From contig OZ024748.1 in NCBI GenBank assembly GCA_964016885.1, positions 16,306,001-16,370,000 of the forward strand: a stretch of 64,000 bases of DNA, written 5' to 3'. This DNA is from Eledone cirrhosa (taxonomy: Eukaryota). Below, piece by piece: positions 54,092-64,000 of the stretch (the stretch's first letter is position 1; each line of letters opens with the position of its first letter). Under the pieces are notes generated by a model, which worked only from the letters and a program-made list of their open reading frames with translations, made no database searches and had not been told where the DNA came from. Made by a program: the position numbers and the translations under genes.

Positions 54092-55248
54092 ATATATATT
54101 TCAATATATTTAAAAGGTGAAGGTGAAAATGCACAGAAGTATATTTAACCCTTTAGCATTTAAACCGGCCATACTTGGCCAGAATTCTCTCAACCTCTTT
54201 CTGTTCAAACTGGTTGTAACCGGTTGCACATACTTATGTTAAGGTATTGTTAGAATCGTCATAACTAGATGATTCTAACAGAAATGTCCAGTTCGCTCAT
54301 CAGTTGAAATATTTATGTTATGGATATCCAGATATCTTTAACATAAATATTTCTGTTAGAATCCTCTAGTTTCATGAAACCTTGATTAATGGAATAATTA
54401 TATTGTGTTGTTTATTATATAATATATATACATAAAACATTAACTGATTAAGCACTCAATACATCTAAGCAAAGTATAAGATTTATTTTCTTCAAAGGTA
54501 CTAACCCCTTTCTCTTCAGAATGAAAAAAACAAAACATACTATGTACAAGGATGTTCCCTGACATGACCACAGTCTAATGACTGAAACGAGTAAAAGAGT
54601 AAATGTGTATGCATGAGTGTGTATGTGTGTGTGTGTGTGTGTATGTTTGTGAGTGAGTGTGTGAGTGTATATGTGTGTGTATGTGTGTGTGAATGTATGT
54701 GTGGGTATGTATGTATGAGTGTGTATGTGTGGGTATGTATGTATGAGTGTGTATGTGTGTGAGTGAGTGTATGTGTAGGGGCATATATGTGTATGCATGT
54801 ACGTATGTGTGTATATATGTGTGTGTGTGTGCAGGGCCATGTCTGTGTGTATGTATGTATGAGTGTATGTGTGTATAAGTATGAGTGTTTGTGCGGGGGC
54901 ATATATGTGTGTGTATATATATGTGTGTGTGTATATGTGTGTGTGTGTATATGTGTGTATGTATGAGTGTGTATATGTGTGTATGTATGAGTGTGTATAT
55001 GTATGTATGAGTGTTTGTGTGGGGGCATATATGTGTGTGAATATATGTATGAGTGTATATGTGTGTGTATATATGTGTGTATATGTATGTATGAGTGTAT
55101 ATGTGTGCGTATATATGTGTATGTACGTATGTATGTATGAGGGTATATGTGTATGTATGTTGTATATGTGTGTGTGTATGAGTGTATGTGTGTGTATATT
55201 ATATATGTATATACGTATGTATGTATGAGTATATGTGTATGTATATTG

Positions 55249-55670
55249 TATAGGTGGTATATTGCCATAGAGATCCTTATTTGTTGGGTGTTCTCTCCAA
55301 GACACGTTTAAAGCAGCGCAGAGCATACGTGTGTATGCCCCGTCTAGCTTTTTCTCCAGTTTCGACGTTAGCGTCCAAGTGATAGAGCCATAAACAAGCA
55401 CAGACTCCACAACAGGTCAATACGTGGACAGAGACTCAGATTTGCTGGCCACTGCTGGCGCAGCAAGGAAGAAATAGCAGGTGAGGTGTTGTTATGGCGT
55501 CCATCTCATGGAGCAAGAAACGCTGATCATCCCAAGAAGACATACGTCAAGCAACTTGAGGACAATACTGGATGCACTGCGGAAGAACTGGCAAATGCTA
55601 TGAGAGACAGAGATGGATGGAGGAAACGTGTCGTAGAAAGCCTAGCAAGCTCGACCTGATGATGATGTTG
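55249..55670 (+). mobile_element. RTE-like LINE 3' fragment with an inverted 5' part
   Basis: 55249-55410 (-) reads VESVLVYGSITW...LYGNIPPI; 55411-55659 (+) reads NRSIRGQRLRFAGHCWRS...DRDGWRKRV...ST*, then (TGA)n. Confidence 0.85.
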
Positions 55671-56612
55671 TTGTTGTATAGTTTACAGTTTTCCTTGTAA
55701 ACACAGTACATTAGAGTGTTTACTTTAACTTTACTGTTTCTTTTCAGAACCAAATATTTTTTTCTGTCTCTCTAAATAAATTATATATGTATTCCATAAT
55801 AAAATACACGTTTACGATACCTGTTATTTAAAGCTAGAGATCTGAGCCGCAGGCAAGATGAAAATATGAATGATTTTCTTTGACATTTACAAACAAATCC
55901 CATTCTTCTATCCATTAAGGACGATGAACACACAACACTCAAACACTATATACATATATAATATACATATATAATATATATATACTATATATATATATAT
56001 TTATATACTATATAAATATATTTATAATATATATATATATACAATACATATAATATATATTATATAATGTGTATATATATATATATATAATATATATATA
56101 TACTATATATATATATTTATATACTATATAAATATATTTATAATATATATATATACAATACATATAATATATATTATATAATGTATATATATATATATAA
56201 TATAATATATATATACTATATATATATATTTATATATATATATATTATAAATATATTTTTATAGTATATAAATATATATATATAGTATATATATATTATA
56301 TATATATATATATACATAATATAATATATATTATATGTATTGTATATATATATTATAAATATATTTATATAGTATATATTATATAATGTGTATATATATA
56401 TACTATATAAATATATTTATAATATATATATACTATATATATATATTTATAATATATATATACTATATATATATATTTATAATATATATATACTATATAT
56501 ATATATTTATAATATATATATACTATATATATACTATATATATATATTTATATACTATATAAATATATTTATAATATATATATATACAATACATATAATA
56601 TATATTATAAAA

Positions 56613-56659
<47 letters not shown>

Positions 56660-56679
56660 AACAGAAATAACACAATCAG

Positions 56680-56725
<46 letters not shown>

Positions 56726-56942
56726 AAAGGTAAACAGAAATAACAACACAATCAGTAGATATATGTAGAATATATACAAAAATATATATTTATATATATA
56801 CACACAAACACACACATAAATGTATATATATAATTCTCAAAAGGAATACATAAACATATCCTTGAAATATTGCAGAACATATTTCAATGTTATGAGTACA
56901 TAGGGAGAATAGGTTATAAAATAGAGGCTGAAAAGAAAAAAA

Positions 56943-56975
<33 letters not shown>

Positions 56976-57495
56976 CTTAAAGAGCATAAAATAAATGGTT
57001 CCATATGAAAATTGGAATGAGAAGGTTAAGGTGAACATTGATTGATTTGCCCGAGGGACTACTCAGAAGATGGGAATCAGCTGCCAATAAGACGAATGTT
57101 GATGTATGGGGTCAGAGAATTGGTTATATCTAAAAGTCTACTGACCATAAGATATACTAAAACAAAAACATTGATATTTTTAGAGGATGCCAATTGCAGG
57201 AGGAGGAAGCTGAGGAAAAGGATGAGGGAGAGGTCCAGGAGGAGGAGGTGGAGGAAAAGTAGGGGGATGAGGTCCAGGAGGAGAAGGCATTACAATAGCT
57301 ATTGAGACAAAATAAGCAATAAAAATGAAAGGCAGATATGCATTTGGCTGGTTGCTCTGCTGAGTGATTGATTAAGCTACAGAGTAGCGGTGTGTGTTTA
57401 CTGGTGGTAGTGTTTATTACAGGCAGTGTACTGTGTTTATAAATATACATATGCAAATATATATATATACATATATATATATATTTACATATATA

Positions 57496-57535
<40 letters not shown>

Positions 57536-57543
57536 CATATATA

Positions 57544-57638
<95 letters not shown>

Positions 57639-58008
57639 TATATATGCATATATATATATACATATATATATATACATATATATATACATATAATATATAT
57701 GCATATATATATATACATATACATATATACATATACATATATATATATACATATATATATACATATAATATATATGCATATATATATACATATACATATA
57801 TATATACATATAATATATATGCATATATATATATACATATACATATATATATACATATATACATATAATATATATGCATATACATATATATATGTATATA
57901 CATATATATATGCATATACATACATATACATATGTATATATACATATGTATATAAATACATACATATATACACACACACACATACATACATACATATTTA
58001 CACACACA

Positions 58009-58072
<64 letters not shown>

Positions 58073-58557
58073 ACTATGAAGGTAACAAATGGATACACTG
58101 AGGAATCATGAGACAGAATTTGATGAAGATTGAAAAGAAATAGAATCTAGTGTGAAAAATATAGTCTGGAAAAGAGTGGGGGTGTATGTACATATAAACA
58201 TACCTAAAACATATATATATGTGTATATATATGAGTGTATATATACTTGGATATGTATATGTATGTGTATATATATAAGTATGTATGTATATGTATGTGT
58301 ATATGTATATTTATGTATATATATGTATGTGTGTGTGTATATATACTTGGATATGTATATGTATGTGTATATATATAAGTATGTATGTATATGTATGTGT
58401 ATATGTATATTTATGTATATATATGTATGTGTGTGTGTATATATATATATGTATGTAATATATATGTATGTGTGTATATATATATATATATCTATATATA
58501 TACATATACATATATATATACATATATATATATATACACATATATATATATATACAC

Positions 58558-58592
<35 letters not shown>

Positions 58593-58727
58593 CACATATA
58601 TATATACATATACATATATACAAATACATATATATATACACATATATATACACATATATATACACATATATATATATACATATACATATATATATATACA
58701 TATATATATATATACACATATATACAC

Positions 58728-58760
<33 letters not shown>

Positions 58761-59067
58761 CACATATATATATACACATATATATATACACATATATATA
58801 TACATATATATACACATATATATATACATATATATACACATATATATATATATATACATATATATACACATATATATATATATATACATATATATACACA
58901 TATATATATATATACATATATATACACATATATATATATATACATATATATACACATATATATATATATACATATATATACACATATATATATATATACA
59001 TATATATACACATATATATATATATACATATATATACACATATATATATATATACATATATATACAC

Positions 59068-59118
<51 letters not shown>

Positions 59119-59146
59119 CATATATATATATACATATATATACACA

Positions 59147-59208
<62 letters not shown>

Positions 59209-59499
59209 CATATATGCATATATATATACATATACATATATATATACACATATATATATATACATATATATATATACACATATATATATATACACATATA
59301 TATACACATATACATATATATACATATATATATATACATATACATTATATATATATACATTATATATATATACACATCTATATATATACACATCTATATA
59401 TATATACATATATATATATATACACATATATATATATACACATATATATATACACATATATATATATATACACACACATATATATATATATATATACAC

Positions 59500-59537
<38 letters not shown>

Positions 59538-59749
59538 CTATATATACACATATATATATACACATATATATATATACACATCTATATATACACATATATA
59601 TATATACACATCTATATATACACATCTATATATACACATATATATATACATATATATATATACATATATATATATACATATACACATCTATATATATATA
59701 CATATACACATCTATATATATATACATATACACATCTATATATATATAT

Positions 59750-60312
59750 GGTGGCTGCCAACTCGTTTTCGAGTACGGCCACTACTTTATATCCATGTAG
59801 GAGAACCCCTACCGATGCGCTGAACGAATGTGACTTTTTAGTCCAGCCAGCGACTTGAAAACTCTGGCACAAAGACTACACTTGTGACCATTATTGACAC
59901 ATAGTGCAGGGCCCATGGTACCATGTGATGACAAGTGCAGAGAGATCTCCAGATATAAAGCAATGCCTGTGCTGTGAAGCTTTTATAGTGAGCAAAGGCA
60001 CTGCACAAAGCCAGTCCCACTCTCTTAACCAAGATGATATTTACCAAAAAGAAGAACAAGTCAACATCATTGGATACCATCAGAGTTGCAGGTGTTATAT
60101 CAGAGTTTTCCTTCTCCTAGAATTCTGCCTTGACAAAGGCTAAGGGGTCATCTCTCCCGGTGATTTTGGATGGCTATTGAGTCTTAAGAGCTCCCTTGCC
60201 CTTTGACAGGTTTTGTTTTTAGTCCTGCAGGATGTCCAAAGTCACCCTCCTCACCAAGAAACCTTGGTGGGGTTGCCAGTTTAGTCGCCAACGACCCGAC
60301 CATGAGACAGGT
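59750..60312 (+). mobile_element. Probable LINE (RTE-like) 5' UTR fragment between (TA)n tracts
   Basis: The first 300 bp match 2508-2810 inverted; the downstream AGAGTTTTCCTTCTCCTAGA...TGCCTT...AAGGCTAA resembles RTE-type 5' UTR motifs (from recall). Confidence 0.5.
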
Positions 60313-60513
60313 TGTATATATATATATACACATATATATACATGCATATATATATACATACATATATATATATACATACATATATATATATACATACATA
60401 TATATATATACATACATATATATATATACATACATATATATATACATACATATATATATACATACATATATATATATATACATACATATATATATATATA
60501 TACATATATATAC

Positions 60514-60544
<31 letters not shown>

Positions 60545-61459
60545 CATATACATATATATATACATATACATATATATACATATACATATATATATACATA
60601 TACATATATATACATATACATATATATACATATATATATATATATACACATATATACATATATATATATATATACACATATATACATATATATATATATA
60701 TACACATATATACATATATATATATATATACACATATATATATACATATATATATATACACACATATATATATACATATATATATATATACATATATATA
60801 TACACACATATACATATATATATACACACACATATATATATATATATACACATATATATATATACACATATATATACATATAAAGATATAGATATATACA
60901 CATATATCTATACCTACATATATATACACATATATCTATATAGATATATACACATATATCTATACCTATATATACATATATAGATATATACACATATATC
61001 TATACCTATATATATACATATACATATATATATAGATATATACTCATATAACACATATAACATATGTGTATATATATATATATACACATATATATATATA
61101 TAGATATATACACATATAACACATATAACATGTGTGTATATATTTATATATACATATATATATATATAGATATATACACATATAACACATATAACATGTG
61201 TATATATATATATATATTTATATACACACATATATATATATAGATATATACACATATCTATACCTATATATATATATAGATATATACACATATCTATACC
61301 TATATATATATATAGATATATACACATATCTAGATATATACACATATATATATACACATATATAGATATATACACATATATCTATAGCTATACCTATATA
61401 TATATATATACACACATATATATACATATATATAAATATACATATACACACACACACAC

Positions 61460-61490
<31 letters not shown>

Positions 61491-62125
61491 TATATACATA
61501 CATACATATATATACTTACATATACACATGAGCATAACATAAACATAACTAGAAATGAGCAAATAGATGGTGAAACTACATGAATAGTTACCTAGATAGG
61601 TAAACAGTAAGATGATAGATATAAATCGATGGATAGATTGATAGAAAATATCGAGAGTTAAGTTGATGAATTGATATTCTTATAGGTAGAGGGATGTATC
61701 TACGTGTAAAATGTGATTGAGTGGGAATGTAGAGGGTGGTGTGTTTGTCTGATACTAGACAAAAATATATATTGTATAAGCTTAGAGAAAACTAAGGAAA
61801 TTGTAAAAGTTTCATCTATTTATCCTTATATGTGTTCAGCAAGTGCAGTGGATTGGCAGAATCGGTAGAAGGTCGGTAGCCATGCTTTGTAGCATAGAGT
61901 TACGGCCCTTTATGATCTGAATTCAAATCATGCCGAGGTTAACTTTGCCTTTTGTCCTTACGGGGTCGATAAAATAAAGTACTAGTAATGCACCATAATT
62001 GCTGGCCTTGTGCCAAAAGTAGAAATAATTATATATGTTCAACAACCATAACTATCATTTTTCTTACAGTTTAATCAAAGCATTGGTAGCAACCCATAGC
62101 CCATCATTTTTTTTATTCAAGACAT

Positions 62126-62477
62126 GGAGGCACATGGCTTAGTGGTTAGAGCATTGGCCTTGCAATCGAAAGGTTGTGAGTTCAATTCTCAGACCGTGTG
62201 ATGTGTTGTTTCCTTGAGCAAGACACCTTATTTCACATTGCTCCAGTTCACTCAGCTGTAGAAATGAGATGAAAGGGAAAGGGACTGGAGTCTCTATCAT
62301 TCCACTGCAAAGTGGTCGTGGAGGTGTCACGGCAAAAAATCACCCAGCACTCACTGTAAATGAGGTTGGTGTTAGGAAGGGCATCCAGCTGTAGAAATCA
62401 AGCCAGAATCAGTTCCTGTCCCACCCTTGCAAGCAGGGAAAAGCGGATGTAAAATGATGATGATGATGATGATGATG
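62126..62477 (+). mobile_element. SINE family A with TSD
   Basis: Full-length; 7-bp TSD AAGACAT at 62119-62125 and 62478-62484. Confidence 0.9.
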
Positions 62478-63059
62478 AAGACATCCAACATCGATATGTG
62501 ATTTGAATGACTAAGGAAAGAATCACTGGACAGATTTTATGGGCAAAGTCAACCAGCAGGAAACCCAGCTCAAGACCACAAGCAAGATAGTTGGATAAGA
62601 TCCATAAGCTCAGTTGATATTGCTTAGGAATCCAGCCAGATTATTTGGAAATGGTAGCTTTTGATAGGATCTTCTGGCAGGCATGTCTGAGGACTCTACC
62701 CTTCGTGACCCTCTCATGAATATATGGGAGAAGGAGACATCCTCCATGTGTATGTGTTGGACCTTGGTCAGTTCCGACAACAAGTGCTCCAATTGATTCG
62801 GTCAACTCACGAAATTAACATGCCAGTGGCTGAGCATTCCACAGATGCATGTAGTCTTAACATAATTCTAAGGGAGTTTCAGTGTCACACAGTATGTGGT
62901 TTGGTTGGCTTTTCAATTACAGATACAGCTCATAAAGTACCTTGCTGAAAAGCATAAGAGGTCACTAAGAATCAAACACATGGCTTTCCACTAACTACTA
63001 TGCCACATATCTTCACTCGGTAGAGGAAATGAAAAACATTATTCTTGAACACACAGCTT

Positions 63060-63547
63060 TACAATTGTGAATAAAACCCACTAACAGCTATGCCATAATT
63101 GTGAACCAGACACACTAACTACTATGCCACAATTGTTAATCAAACCCACTAACTACTATGTCACAATTAGGAACCAAACCCACTAACTACTATGCCACAA
63201 TTGTTAATCAAACCCACTAACTACTATGCCACAATTGTGAACCAAACACACTAACTGTTATGTCACAATTGTTAATCAAACCCACTAACTGCTATGCCAC
63301 AATTGTGAACCAAACCCACTAGCTACTATGCCACAATTGTGAACCAAACCCACTAGCTACTATGCCACAATTGTGAACCAAATCCACTAACTACTATGCC
63401 ACAATTGTGAACCAAACCCACTAACTACTATGCCACAATTGTGAACCAAACACACTAACTGCTATGTCACAATTGTTAACCAAACACACTAACTCCTATG
63501 CCATAATTGTGAACTAAACACACTAACTGTTATGCCACATATCTTCA
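63060..63547 (-). repeat. 34-bp tandem repeat (about 14 units)
   Basis: CACTAACTACTATGCCACAATTGTGAACCAAACC; the minus strand contains the A-box-like TGGCATAGTAGTTAG. Confidence 0.85.
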
Positions 63548-63570
63548 TTAGTTAATGGAAATGATGAAGT

Positions 63571-63741
63571 TACCCTATTTCTCGGAGCTGAAGACGCTTC
63601 GTCCTTCAGGACGCACCATAATTTTGACAACTAAAAATTTGTAAAAAAATGATAAACACTCTCGGGCTCCAGGACGTATGGTAGAATTTTGAGACTTATT
63701 TTAGCCAAAAAGTAACGTCTTTGATGCCGGGAAATAAGGTG
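63571..63741. mobile_element. Decayed Tc1/mariner (pogo/Tc2-like) MITE
   Basis: TA-CCCTATTTCTCGGAGCTGAAGACG at one end and CGTCTTTGATGCCGGGAAATAAGG-TG at the other form imperfect TIRs of the CCGTATTT type. Confidence 0.55.
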
Positions 63742-64000
63742 TTCTCAAACTGGTCATCTAGCCTTAATGTTTGTAACATAACATGCTCAGATAAACGTGT
63801 GCTGGAGTTAAGCAGTTAAGTCATGTGAAAAATTACGATCACCATTCTAGGGCAATTTTTTACAGTCATAAGAAGTCTTTCCAGATACAAACCCTTTTAG
63901 CTGCCTCCTACGACTTACACAGCGATATATTGTTCCAATTCTAAACCAAATACACATCGCCTCCATAGCATCACCAATATGTCTGTTTTATATGTCTGTT

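Noticed and set aside
58106-59858. Long Y/I/M/C/H-rich ORFs (up to 568 aa) here and in all TA tracts
   Set aside because: Translations of (TA)n/(TG)n microsatellite, which lacks stop codons; open in many frames at once.

Overview
Eukaryotic, AT-rich, repeat-saturated DNA. The SINE families, RTE LINEs and kb-scale degenerate (TA)n/(TATACA)n tracts look like an octopod cephalopod genome (inference from repeat style, not a database hit). Nearly all listed ORFs are microsatellite translation artefacts. The window contains decayed non-LTR retroelement fragments (Tx1/L1-like, several RTE, RLE-type, CR1/L2-like), two abundant SINE families, TTAA-flanked piggyBac-type MITEs, a Helitron-like element, minisatellites and a 200-N gap. 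There are also a few weak candidate exons of an unidentified minus-strand gene. Most interesting are three structurally complete type I hammerhead ribozyme motifs plus decayed relatives, in short non-coding (TA)n-flanked or fold-back modules (Penelope-like/retrozyme-like). Also notable are several near-perfect 180-330 bp fold-back palindromes, an RTE RT carrying an inserted PHD finger, and a clean twin-priming-type inversion in an RTE element.
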